Source: a virus
Lineage: Duplodnaviria; Caudoviricetes
Reading direction: 5' to 3' (one strand)
Length of the DNA: 37,829 nucleotides
IMG/VR virus record: IMGVR_UViG_3300020592_000105
Location: 1-37,829 of that record
The first letter of the stretch is position 1, and each line of letters begins with the position of its first letter. The notes below the pieces were generated by a model, which was not told the DNA's origin, did no database searches, and worked only from the letters and a program-made list of their open reading frames with translations. The translations under genes were made by a program, and so were the position numbers. Of this stretch, positions 26,009-34,571 are shown in pieces.

Positions 26009-26723
26009 AACGCATGGGGAGACTGTCTGCTGCGCGGGCATGACTGCGCAGGGACAATGGAAGCGCCTGTTTCCGGTGCGCTTCAGACACCTGTCCGGCG
26101 AGAGCAGTTTCGGCCGTTGGGACTGGGTGAAATTCCGCCACACGCGCCCTTCCAGAGACAACCGTTCCGAAAGCTGTCGCGTGCACGAGGAAAGTCTCGA
26201 ACGCGACGGGAAGCTGGCGAAGTCCAAACATGCCAGCTTCCTGAACCCGCATGTGCTGCCGTCCATCAACGAAGCCGTCGCGCGCGGACAGTCGCTGGCG
26301 CTGATCCGACCAAAGAACACGCGGTTCAGGTGGCGACGGAAGTCCGCGGAAGAGATCCAAGTTGAGAAAGAAGGGTATGAGAGAGCAGCCGCGCAGACGT
26401 CGCTGTTCGACAAGGAGCTTGCCGCCCTTGAGCCGACCCCCTTCGAGTTCCGTTTCAAGTTCGAGGATGACGTGCCCCATGACTTCGCCAATGGAGACTG
26501 GGAAGCGCACGCCATGTTCTACAACGCCCGCTCGAAACTTGGCATGTCCGAAACCGAAGCGCTGGACTGGATGAACCACAAATTCAACGAAGAGTACCCG
26601 TCGAAGGGCATGTTGTTCGCTGTCGGCAACCAGGCGAAACGGCGGCACGTATGGCAGCTGCTCGGAGTGCTGCGCGTCGATCCGCCCTCGGAAGCCGAGC
26701 TGGCGCAGGCGCGGCTCTTCTGA
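25944..26723 (+). CDS. dual-OB-like nucleic-acid-binding protein (DUF488 partner)
   Basis: ILVKALP.PS..HGETVCCAG.....WKRLFPV.FR, D.R.ES, SLALIRP, F.FKF, DWE, FAVGN pattern of proteins adjoining DUF488. Confidence 0.65.
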   Translation: MSVTPQDCRVVILVKALPQPSKTHGETVCCAGMTAQGQWKRLFPVRFRHLSGESSFGRWDWVKFRHTRPSRDNRSESCRVHEESLERDGKLAKSKHASFLNPHVLPSINEAVARGQSLALIRPKNTRFRWRRKSAEEIQVEKEGYERAAAQTSLFDKELAALEPTPFEFRFKFEDDVPHDFANGDWEAHAMFYNARSKLGMSETEALDWMNHKFNEEYPSKGMLFAVGNQAKRRHVWQLLGVLRVDPPSEAELAQARLF

Positions 26724-26744
26724 AGGCCCACACGGAGAGACGGA

Positions 26745-27404
26745 ATGGAGGAGTTCGGACTCGGATGGGCGCTTGCTGGCATCGGCCTGACTGCTTTGGT
26801 CACGACGATCGGCACGTGGTTCGTCACCCGCTATCAGCTGCGTCAGGAGGCGGAGACGCAAGCGGCAGCCCGAAAGGAAGAGTTGGAGCGGCACGGTACC
26901 TATCTGGCGGTGCGTGTGGCTTGCGTGCTCGACCCGTTCGTCATGGCCGCCGTCGCGGTGGTCAACGACAAGGGCTTCTACGACCAGCAAGGCGAGTTGA
27001 CCCCGGAGGAGAAGCCGCCGACGCTCGAGTTGCCGCAGGACGTCGACTGGAAGAGCATTGACCCGCACCTCATGGATCGTATCCTGTCGCTGCCCAATGA
27101 AATCGCCAGCACCCAGAAGACCATTTCGTTCGTCGGCGAGGTGATCTCAGGCCCGCCAGACTACGACGAATGGTTCGTCGAGCGTCGTTATCAATGGGCG
27201 AAGCTGGGCCTGATGGCGCTCGATCTGGCGCGTGACCTGCGCAGTCGATACAAACTCAGGCAGCCAGACTACAGCGGCTACGACCCGCGCGAAACGCTTG
27301 AAGCTGCTTTCCTTAAGGAAGATAAGTGGCGAACCAAAGGAGCAGCCAGCGCCAAGCGGATCGTGAAGAAGGCCAAGGCAAAGAAGTCTGGGACGACTGA
27401 ATGA
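26745..27404 (+). CDS. N-terminal TM, helical hypothetical protein
   Basis: GGAG RBS; single N-terminal TM helix; ATGA-coupled to the HEPN gene. Confidence 0.7.
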   Translation: MEEFGLGWALAGIGLTALVTTIGTWFVTRYQLRQEAETQAAARKEELERHGTYLAVRVACVLDPFVMAAVAVVNDKGFYDQQGELTPEEKPPTLELPQDVDWKSIDPHLMDRILSLPNEIASTQKTISFVGEVISGPPDYDEWFVERRYQWAKLGLMALDLARDLRSRYKLRQPDYSGYDPRETLEAAFLKEDKWRTKGAASAKRIVKKAKAKKSGTTE

Positions 27405-28270
27405 AGGCCTGGCCTGACGCACTCCCGCTCTACGGCTGCCTCACCGGGATCGAGCTGCCTGACAGCGGGTTCGAGGCCGCCCTTGGCGTCACGCTGAGCA
27501 GCGTCTTCGTCGACATGTTCGGGACGTCGCTTCTCGCCTTCGCTCCGCCGCCCAAGCCGAAAGCGCCCCATCCGGGGCCGTGGATTCCGGTAAATGGCGG
27601 CTACACGTTCAAGAGCAGGACGCAGGTCGCCATCACCGACGTGTCTGCCTTCGACGGACTTACGCCTTCCGCAGTGGCGTGGCTGGTGGCGGCGATGCTC
27701 CGCCTGCAGATGGCTTCGCCCGTCCGGATGGCCGTGCTGGCGGCAATGTCCTTCGACATGATGAAGAGCACGCCCGAGCCGTGGCCCATCCCGTTCGAGA
27801 GCGCGACGCACCAGATCGGGCCGTATCGCACGAACAGCGCGGCTGCCACTGAGGAGGACCTGCGCTGGCTGCGCGGGGCGCTGCCTGTCGCAGCCCGTCT
27901 ATATCACGAGGAGCGGTTCTTCCGGGCGTTCTCGATATACGACCAGGCGCAATGGAGCCCGACGCTGGAGATGGGGACCATTCTCGTCTGGACGGCGATC
28001 GAGGCGCTGTTCGACCTCGGCGGCGAACGGGAGAAGACCAAAGCGATCTGCAGGGCGCTGGCGGACTACGTGGGCGACGGCCAATCAGACAGGGACCGGG
28101 CCTATCAAGTCATCCGCGACATGTACGGCAAGCGCGGCAGCGTCGTCCACTACGGAGGCCGCGTAAAGCCCGAGGACGCAATCCAGTCCTACCAGTTCGC
28201 CAAGGTGGCCTTCCGGCGGTGCATCATCGACGGCAGGCTGCCGCCGGCTCCGCAGCGCGTGCTGCAGTAG
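27401..28270 (+). CDS. HEPN domain protein (ApeA-like C-terminal HEPN)
   Basis: WTAIEALF...IRDMYGKRGSVVHYG gives the conserved E and RX4H motif. Confidence 0.75.
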   Translation: MKAWPDALPLYGCLTGIELPDSGFEAALGVTLSSVFVDMFGTSLLAFAPPPKPKAPHPGPWIPVNGGYTFKSRTQVAITDVSAFDGLTPSAVAWLVAAMLRLQMASPVRMAVLAAMSFDMMKSTPEPWPIPFESATHQIGPYRTNSAAATEEDLRWLRGALPVAARLYHEERFFRAFSIYDQAQWSPTLEMGTILVWTAIEALFDLGGEREKTKAICRALADYVGDGQSDRDRAYQVIRDMYGKRGSVVHYGGRVKPEDAIQSYQFAKVAFRRCIIDGRLPPAPQRVLQ

Positions 28271-28271
28271 C

Positions 28272-28943
28272 TCACTTGACAATTCCGAGGCCCGACAGGA
28301 CACCGTAGCCCGCCAGAGCGGTCAGCGATGCCGTCATGAGCGCTACGACGAGGCCGATGACGGTCACGTAGGCAGCCGACACAATCTTCGCCGCGATGCC
28401 TGATCCCGCCTCTTCCCGGATACGCCACTCGCGGATGGGAAAGGTTATCGGACCGCCGAGGAACTCGAGATAGCCCCAGAAGATCACCCGCAGGCGATCG
28501 CCGACGATGCCTGGGACCTCGCCGGTGTGTGCCGAGAGCCAGCGCAGGGCGTTGCCCAGCCCGACGAGGGCGAAGCCACCCATGAGGAGGATGACGACAC
28601 CCATCCACGCCGTGCCGATCCACGAGTCCAGGGCAACGTTCAGGGGCCGCTCCACCCCGTCGAACCACAGCAGGGCCGCGTAGGCGAGCATGGGGAGGCC
28701 GACGAAGCAAAAGGCGATAAAGAACAGAACGCTCCCGGCCTGAGTCCAGTCCTTCGCGTCCTTCCACTCCTGCCAGATGTAGGCAAGCAGTTTTCCGAAC
28801 CCCCACAGCACCAGCCAGATAACCCCGATCGCGAGGGCGACGACGAATAAGCCTTGCAGGCCGCCGAGCATCGCGTCCTTGCCGAAGAGCAGAACCCCCG
28901 CGATGACCGCGAGCAATATGTTGGTAAGACCCCGACCTTCCAT
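28272..28943 (-). CDS. multi-pass membrane protein
   Basis: Five to six hydrophobic helices; GGGGAG RBS. Confidence 0.7.
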   Translation of the reverse strand: MEGRGLTNILLAVIAGVLLFGKDAMLGGLQGLFVVALAIGVIWLVLWGFGKLLAYIWQEWKDAKDWTQAGSVLFFIAFCFVGLPMLAYAALLWFDGVERPLNVALDSWIGTAWMGVVILLMGGFALVGLGNALRWLSAHTGEVPGIVGDRLRVIFWGYLEFLGGPITFPIREWRIREEAGSGIAAKIVSAAYVTVIGLVVALMTASLTALAGYGVLSGLGIVK

Positions 28944-28985
28944 TTCGAACTCCCCGGTTGCATCATGCCATGTCCGGCCGGAGTT

Positions 28986-29156
28986 TCAATTGTGACAGCG
29001 CGGAGACGCTTCCGGAAGGGCCATCGCGAGGCCGATCGGGATGCCTAGCCAGCGGAAGGCGACTGCCAGCAAGGCGATGGCGAGAGCCACCACGGTGATG
29101 CAGACGGCGATGTGCCGAAGGGATCGCCCGGCAAGAAGGAGGAGGGTGCCGATCAT
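28986..29156 (-). CDS. small hydrophobic protein (56 aa, MIGTLLLLAGRSLRHIAVCITVVALAIALLAVAFRWLG...)
   Basis: Not in ORF track; ATGA-coupled to the upstream ORF. Confidence 0.4.
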   Translation of the reverse strand: MIGTLLLLAGRSLRHIAVCITVVALAIALLAVAFRWLGIPIGLAMALPEASPRCHN

Positions 29157-29392
29157 GACCCTAGCTCCGGCTTTCGATACAGGCGATCCTGTCCGCGCTG
29201 GATGATGAGTTCGAGGCTCGGCGCATCGCGGCTGCCTGACGACCCCTTGTTGGGCAGTGGGCGGTTGCGCGGGAGCGTGATGTCCGGCTGGCTGTCCTTC
29301 GCCGACAGCCAGCCAAGGACGAATCCCGCAGCTGCTGCGGCTAGCACCCCACAGACGATTTTGATTGCGGTTGTCAGCTCCATCATGATCAT
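29153..29392 (-). CDS. small single-TM protein
   Basis: ATGA overlap with the upstream gene, AAGGAG RBS, N-terminal TM helix. Confidence 0.55.
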   Translation of the reverse strand: MIMMELTTAIKIVCGVLAAAAAGFVLGWLSAKDSQPDITLPRNRPLPNKGSSGSRDAPSLELIIQRGQDRLYRKPELGS

Positions 29393-29748
29393 GCCGTCTC
29401 CTTCTCGACGATCTCGACGTCCATCTTCACCATCACCCTGCCGTCGGCATGGACCTCGACCGTCGGCACGACTGGCGACACCAGCTCGTAGAGCTCCAGG
29501 ATTTCGTCCACGCTGAAGCCCTCGGCCTGCTTCTCCATCACAAAGTCCACAGTCGTCTCGCAGACGTGTTCCATGGCCGAATAAAGGGCCTCTTTGATGC
29601 GCAGGTCGGAGGCGTTCTCGACCCGGCGCAGCGCAAGGTAGTCCGTGAGGCGGATCACCCTCACTTCCGGAACGGGGGCTGCCTCGTCCGCAGGTGCGAC
29701 GTCGACAGCGGGTTCGGGGGAGTGCTGAATGCGATTGCGTTTTGACAT
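29389..29748 (-). CDS. hypothetical protein
   Basis: AAGGAG RBS; acidic 119 aa. Confidence 0.65.
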   Translation of the reverse strand: MSKRNRIQHSPEPAVDVAPADEAAPVPEVRVIRLTDYLALRRVENASDLRIKEALYSAMEHVCETTVDFVMEKQAEGFSVDEILELYELVSPVVPTVEVHADGRVMVKMDVEIVEKETA

Positions 29749-29873
29749 GTGAAGATGCTCCTTCCACGAGGTCTTGCGCCGACAGCTGACAGGAACCGCC
29801 TGTCAAATCAGGCTGCCCATTATCCATGCTGTGGCTGCCGGCGACCCGATGCAAACCGCCGGCAGGATTTCCT

Positions 29874-30845
29874 TCACCGCGCCATCCGGTAGGCCGCGAG
29901 GTCGTAGACGTTGACGTCGTCCGGGGTTTCGATGCCTGGCGCGCGCATGCCGCGACGAGGTTCGAGACGATCGGCGGCGGCCAGCCTGTGGAAGCGGTCC
30001 ATGATGTCGGCGTACCAGTGCCGCAGGTCGCATACCACTTCGAGAAAATTCAGCGAGAGACCCGCTTGCGGTGCCGCGTAGCCGCGCCAGTCCCACGTCC
30101 TGGAGTCCACGAAGTCGAACGAAAGGCCGTCCGGAACGGGCTGCAGGAGCGCCGCCATGTCGGCCTTCCGCTCGCGCATCGTCGCATAAAGGTGTCGGGC
30201 GATTGCGGTGTCGGACAACCCTGCGCGCTTCAGGAAAATGAGGTCCCGGTAGTCCTTGAGCCGGGTGTTCTCCATGCCAATGGTGACGATGGCCGCCAGC
30301 TTGTCAGCGACTTGCGCCTCCAGAGGCTGTGCCCACGCCGTGAAGCTCGGAGCCTTGAACATCGAGCGGAACTCCTTGCGGACGGAGCCTTCAGGCAGCG
30401 CGCCGAATGAGACGTCGAGATGCGTCCGCACACGGGTGATCCCCAACGTCGCATCGACGTCGATCCTGAAGCCGGAGCCGCGGCCGCCCATCGACATGGG
30501 CTTGACGTCACCCGGGAACCACATGATGCCGTGCTCGCGCAGGAGCGCCGCCGCTGCCGACACGTCGCCGAAAAGCTCAACGGCTGAGCGCGGTTTCTGA
30601 AGCATCACGTCGCCGTCTCCGGTTGCACGAGCGCGCTGGTCATGCAGCAGCCCACCTTTGACTACCGGATCGAGATGCGGAGCGGTCTTGATGAGCGCCC
30701 ACAGGATCGACTCGCTGACGAAACGCTGTAGGGAGACCCTGCTGTCGATGTAATGGCACTTCGAGATCTGCTTCACGCGATCGGCGAGCTTCCAGCCGAG
30801 CTTGACCGCGTCCGGCAGTCCTTCGTGATAACGTGTCTTGGACAT
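29874..30845 (-). CDS. AbiEii-family nucleotidyltransferase (type IV TA toxin-like)
   Basis: VKGG...RATGDGD, HLDVSFG, LEAQVADKLAAIV..G..NTRLKDYRDL motifs. Confidence 0.85.
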   Translation of the reverse strand: MSKTRYHEGLPDAVKLGWKLADRVKQISKCHYIDSRVSLQRFVSESILWALIKTAPHLDPVVKGGLLHDQRARATGDGDVMLQKPRSAVELFGDVSAAAALLREHGIMWFPGDVKPMSMGGRGSGFRIDVDATLGITRVRTHLDVSFGALPEGSVRKEFRSMFKAPSFTAWAQPLEAQVADKLAAIVTIGMENTRLKDYRDLIFLKRAGLSDTAIARHLYATMRERKADMAALLQPVPDGLSFDFVDSRTWDWRGYAAPQAGLSLNFLEVVCDLRHWYADIMDRFHRLAAADRLEPRRGMRAPGIETPDDVNVYDLAAYRMAR

Positions 30846-30936
30846 GTGTCTTCCCCCTGTGCGCGTGTTCGCGTCTGGGGGAAGGTTGAGTTCTGGGCTT
30901 GCAAGGAACGAATCCTTGGCTCCGCCGGCGGGGATC

Positions 30937-31824
30937 CTATCGGGAGAGCTTGGCCGCCTTCTTTGCCTCGCGGGCCTGGCGTCGGTCGGTCTCGCCGGCG
31001 CGCTTGATCCGTTCGTGCTGCATGGCCTTGCCCCAATGGAAGGCAGTGCCTTTCACGCGGAACGCCTCGCGGACGTAGAAGTCGTAGCGGAACAGCGGCT
31101 TGTAGGTGACCGTGTCCTTCATCGCCATCAGGAGCTTCGGGCGGTTGTTACCGACGGGCCTGACGGTGACCACGCCGCGCTGGCGCTTCTTCGCCGCCTT
31201 GGTCAGCTTCGGCCGCTCCCAGTATCCCTTGAGGCCGTCGACTTCGCCGAAGAAGATGCCGGGGCGGTTCTTGCTATGGCGCACCCACGTGAGTTCCCGG
31301 TGCTCGCCGGGCGAGTACTGGTTCATGTCCCACATGCGCCGGGCCCTCAGTTCCGGACGGCGGGCGCGGACCATCGCACGGTCCTGCTTCTCCTTGCGGT
31401 TCCGCTGGCCGAGGCGCTTCAGGTAACCCCGGTCAACGCCGCCGTGCTTGGTCAGCTTGTCCGAATGCGCGAACACGTCCCACTTGCCCGCGCCTGCGTC
31501 TCCGGCCCCGCGCTCGCCGCCGAAGACCTGGAAGGCAAGATACTTGGCCTGCTCGTCCTTGACGCGCACCTCGGCGAACATGCCGTCGCGGTCCCGGGCC
31601 ATCGCCCAGCCGATCTCGAAGGCGTTGCGGGTGAAGTTGTTGGGCTTGTCGAAGTCCTTGTTGAGTCCGTCGCGCATCCGGTTTCGTGCGTCGATGGCGA
31701 TGTTGTTCAGGAAGCGCGCCGCAGCCATCGGGAACAGGTCGCGGCCCGTAGCATCGAGGCCGCGCTGCAGCTCCTTCCAGTCGAAGTCAAAACTGGCTTC
31801 AGCGAAACTAAGCTTCTTCGCCAT
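30937..31824 (-). CDS. phage neck/minor tail protein (gpZ-like, basic)
   Basis: PMAAARFLNNIA...FDKPNNFTRNA, YLAFQVFGGER, Y.P.F.Y pattern of genes usually placed just before cos/terminase. Confidence 0.6.
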   Translation of the reverse strand: MAKKLSFAEASFDFDWKELQRGLDATGRDLFPMAAARFLNNIAIDARNRMRDGLNKDFDKPNNFTRNAFEIGWAMARDRDGMFAEVRVKDEQAKYLAFQVFGGERGAGDAGAGKWDVFAHSDKLTKHGGVDRGYLKRLGQRNRKEKQDRAMVRARRPELRARRMWDMNQYSPGEHRELTWVRHSKNRPGIFFGEVDGLKGYWERPKLTKAAKKRQRGVVTVRPVGNNRPKLLMAMKDTVTYKPLFRYDFYVREAFRVKGTAFHWGKAMQHERIKRAGETDRRQAREAKKAAKLSR

Positions 31825-31974
31825 CACAACCCTCCGAAAAAATCGGCCCCGGCGAGGGTGCTCGAGCCGGGGCCAGGTGCCTTCCGCGGGAACAGGAGAT
31901 CGCAAGAAGGTGCTACAGGAACTTCAAGGCTGATCCGCCGGCGGGAATGGGGCAAGGGGAAATTTTTACGCACG

Positions 31975-32277
31975 TTACGACGGCCCCGAAGGTTTCGGCG
32001 ACACCGACGTCCGGCGCGACAGGAGGGCAGGCAGCCCGGCTACGCAGCTGACGTCAACTTCGGTGTCGCACAGCTCCGCGTCCCAGTGGATCAGCTCATG
32101 CATCAGGCCTTCAAGCGCCGCCTCGCGCTTCGGGCCGTCGGGGATGCATGTGTCGGCAGCCGCGGCCATCACAGCGTCCCATGCGGCGAGCATCCAGGCC
32201 GAAGCCGCGCGAAGGTCCGTCCCCGAGACGTGGTCGCCGCCTGCATATGCCTCGAGAACTTCGCGCGGGGTCAGCAT
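31975..32277 (-). CDS. hypothetical protein
   Basis: TGATG-coupled start MLTPREVLEAY. Confidence 0.55.
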   Translation of the reverse strand: MLTPREVLEAYAGGDHVSGTDLRAASAWMLAAWDAVMAAAADTCIPDGPKREAALEGLMHELIHWDAELCDTEVDVSCVAGLPALLSRRTSVSPKPSGPS

Positions 32278-32567
32278 CAGTGTACCGTCCCCCTGTCGTC
32301 TTCGGCCATTTTGTATTCGACCGTCAGCAGGTCGACCTTCTCGACGACGGCGAGCAGCGCGGCGTAGCGTGCCGCCTCGCGCTCCAGTTCCAGTCCGGCC
32401 TGAATCAGACGCTGGCGCGTCGCCATGCGCAGCGTGGACTCCCGCAGCCAGCCCATGTAGGCGACGGCAGCCGCCGCGGCTCCGAGGCCGGGCGCGATAA
32501 CGAGCGCGCCGACGGACAGGATCAAGCCGAAGACGAGGTAGCCCCGGGTAACCAACTGCGTCTCCAT
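32277..32567 (-). CDS. small membrane protein with coiled coil
   Basis: TGATG-coupled start METQLVTRGY, GGAGG RBS, two short hydrophobic segments. Confidence 0.6.
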   Translation of the reverse strand: METQLVTRGYLVFGLILSVGALVIAPGLGAAAAAVAYMGWLRESTLRMATRQRLIQAGLELEREAARYAALLAVVEKVDLLTVEYKMAEDDRGTVH

Positions 32568-33355
32568 CAGAGACCTCCGGCGGAAAGGCGAGCGCCGTGG
32601 TTGGCAAGTGTCGACAGGATGTCGGCGACAAGTCCCTCGAGCGTCGCAACTTTGCTCTCGAGAGCGACGATGCGATCGAGGATCGAAACAAACGGGAACT
32701 CGCCGAGGTAGTCCGACAGGCTCTCCTCGCTGCCGAACAGGATTCCGCACAGGCTCTGCCCCGTAAGGATGCTGCCTTCCCGGATTGCCGAGACGTAGCC
32801 GGGCGAGCCCAGCGTGAGGCGCAAGAAGCCCTGCGCTCCGTATCCTTCAGGGCCTCCCGTCAGGGGCTCTACAAACGAGGCGGAGTGGGTGCCCGCGAGC
32901 AGGAGATCGGCGAGGCTTGTCGCGTTGTCCCTCAGAGCGTTAACCACATTTGAATCGCTGCCGAACGCGGCCTCGGCGAGCGGGCCAGGATAGAGTTCTT
33001 CGTTGTCCGTATCCTCCCACCGCCCGTCCAGGTCGCGAAATACCTGCTGGTAGAACGGAGCATCTAGCGACCGCAGGAAGGCGTATGAGGGGCCTCTGTT
33101 GTCACCCCACATGCTAACGCCGAAGATGGAGCGGACTAGGGACGTCCCCCCGTCGAGGTCGTAGTAGCTCAGCATCTTTGACGGATCGGTTTCGCCAGGG
33201 CCGACGCTCGTAGCCCCTTCGGGATCAAGGATATTGCGGACGAAGCGGTCGAAGTCGGCAGAGTCGTCGCCGCCACCGCCGCCGCCATCGCCGACCTTCA
33301 GCTCGAGATTGTGAAGCCGCAGCGCGACGGCGCTCAGGCTTGCGTCACGGCTCAT
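32567..33355 (-). CDS. hypothetical protein with terminal heptad coiled coils
   Basis: GGAGG RBS; LRLHNLELKV, poly-Gly linker and ILDRIVALESKVATLEGLV. Confidence 0.7.
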   Translation of the reverse strand: MSRDASLSAVALRLHNLELKVGDGGGGGGDDSADFDRFVRNILDPEGATSVGPGETDPSKMLSYYDLDGGTSLVRSIFGVSMWGDNRGPSYAFLRSLDAPFYQQVFRDLDGRWEDTDNEELYPGPLAEAAFGSDSNVVNALRDNATSLADLLLAGTHSASFVEPLTGGPEGYGAQGFLRLTLGSPGYVSAIREGSILTGQSLCGILFGSEESLSDYLGEFPFVSILDRIVALESKVATLEGLVADILSTLANHGARLSAGGL

Positions 33356-33516
33356 CGCGTCCTCCCAGGCGCTGCGCGGCGGTCACGTCGGACGTCCGCA
33401 GGATGGAAGGCGGCAGGCTGGGCAGCCTGGGTCTTCAGCGCGTCGCGGATGCGCTGCTCGATTTGCCGCTCTTCCTCGGCCAGCTCACGGAGCTTCTTTG
33501 TCGTGTCGGACATCAT
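33352..33516 (-). CDS. small coiled-coil protein
   Basis: GGGAGG RBS before MMSDTTKKLRELAEEE; ATGA-coupled to the next gene. Confidence 0.55.
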   Translation of the reverse strand: MMSDTTKKLRELAEEERQIEQRIRDALKTQAAQPAAFHPADVRRDRRAAPGRTR

Positions 33517-33609
33517 ACCTCCCTGTCCGGAATGGAAATGGCGCACTGGACCTCCAGCGTCACGGGAACACCGTCGGCCTTCGTTGTCTTCAAAAGTCAG
33601 AGCCGCTGA

Positions 33610-33622
33610 TGCATCTTTCAAA
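33610..33622 (-). promoter_or_regulatory. putative late-promoter motif (TTTGAAAGATGCA)
   Basis: Intergenic copy of the shared motif, followed by TCAGCGGC...TGAAGACA, similar to GCGGC...TGAAGACA after the 18007 copy. Confidence 0.45.
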
Positions 33623-33631
33623 CGAAAGAAA

Positions 33632-33907
33632 TCAGCCGAAAAAGTCGAGCTGGTCGGTCTTGCCGACAGCAACCTGCAGCCTCGGCGAGGCCTGACCCGC
33701 GTAGCGAGCCGCAAGGGCTATGGCCTGCTGCTGCAGCGTTCGATCCCGAAAAGCTAAGGGGTGCGCGGTCGCGAGGCGGTGCCCCAGGGCGACGTCGGAC
33801 TTCGCGAAGCCTACGCCGTTCGCCAGCGTGGCCCGGTCGGGGTCGGCTGCCGCGACGTGCCGCAGGATCGCCAGAGCCGCAGAGAGTTTCGGGTCAAACA
33901 GCGTCAC
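33632..33907 (-). CDS. hypothetical protein
   Basis: 91 aa with D.DRA...NGVGF.K.D...GH.LA and Y..Q pattern seen in phage proteins. Confidence 0.6.
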   Translation of the reverse strand: MTLFDPKLSAALAILRHVAAADPDRATLANGVGFAKSDVALGHRLATAHPLAFRDRTLQQQAIALAARYAGQASPRLQVAVGKTDQLDFFG

Positions 33908-33962
33908 GGCGTGAATCCAGGTACTTTCGATTCCGTTTCAGGGAGTAATGGGGCCAGAAGAA

Positions 33963-34475
33963 TCATCGAGCGCGACCCCGTGACGCTTTCGGGCGGATCG
34001 AGATGCGGGACGCGGAGATCAACTTGTCCAGCTGCTGCGTGTCGCCACCGCGGCCGAGCCTGCGGATGACGATGCGCCGGGCCTCCACTGGATTGTAGCC
34101 GCCGTCTACGAGGATGCCGACCGCGCCCTTGAGGATGCGCTGAGCGACGTCGCGCGGGTCCAGCGGCGCAGGCGCGGGAGCCTCGACCGGAGTCTTCAGT
34201 TCCGCCAGAGGGGCTTCGTGCCGTCCCTCGTCGAGGACGTTCAGATAGACCTGCAGCCGTAGCGCCTCGCAGCGATCACGCTGGGCCTCCCGGGCACGCT
34301 CCGCTTCGCGTCGCACCTGCTCCACGAAGGCGGACACCGCACCGCAGACAGCCATGTCGACAGCGTCGGCTTCCGGAACGCCAGCCGACCGCAAGCGCTG
34401 GCGGTAGCGCCGCGTGCGCTCCCTCTGCTGCTCATGCCTCCCGCTGGCCTTCCTTGGCATCTTCGTCTCCATCAC
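33963..34475 (-). CDS. hypothetical basic helical protein
   Basis: QRERTRRYRQRLR basic helix. Confidence 0.6.
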   Translation of the reverse strand: MMETKMPRKASGRHEQQRERTRRYRQRLRSAGVPEADAVDMAVCGAVSAFVEQVRREAERAREAQRDRCEALRLQVYLNVLDEGRHEAPLAELKTPVEAPAPAPLDPRDVAQRILKGAVGILVDGGYNPVEARRIVIRRLGRGGDTQQLDKLISASRISIRPKASRGRAR

Positions 34476-34571
34476 CCGTCACAACGAGATTGTGCCGGGG
34501 CCTTGAAAGCCACAAACGAAACGGCCCTCGGGGACGAGGGCCGCACGTCAAAGCAAATTGAGATGCCGTGC

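Noticed and set aside
3351-32367. Long + strand ORFs opposite real genes (e.g. 3351-4541, 8218-9579, 15640-16914, 21639-23159, 30838-32367) and - strand 25788-27068
   Set aside because: Antisense shadows typical of GC-rich coding DNA; no motifs or RBS, and they overlap well-supported genes
33925-33939. Second LexA-like box TTTC-N7-TTTC; also GTTC-N5-TTTC near 25363
   Set aside because: Mismatch in both half-sites, or wrong spacing
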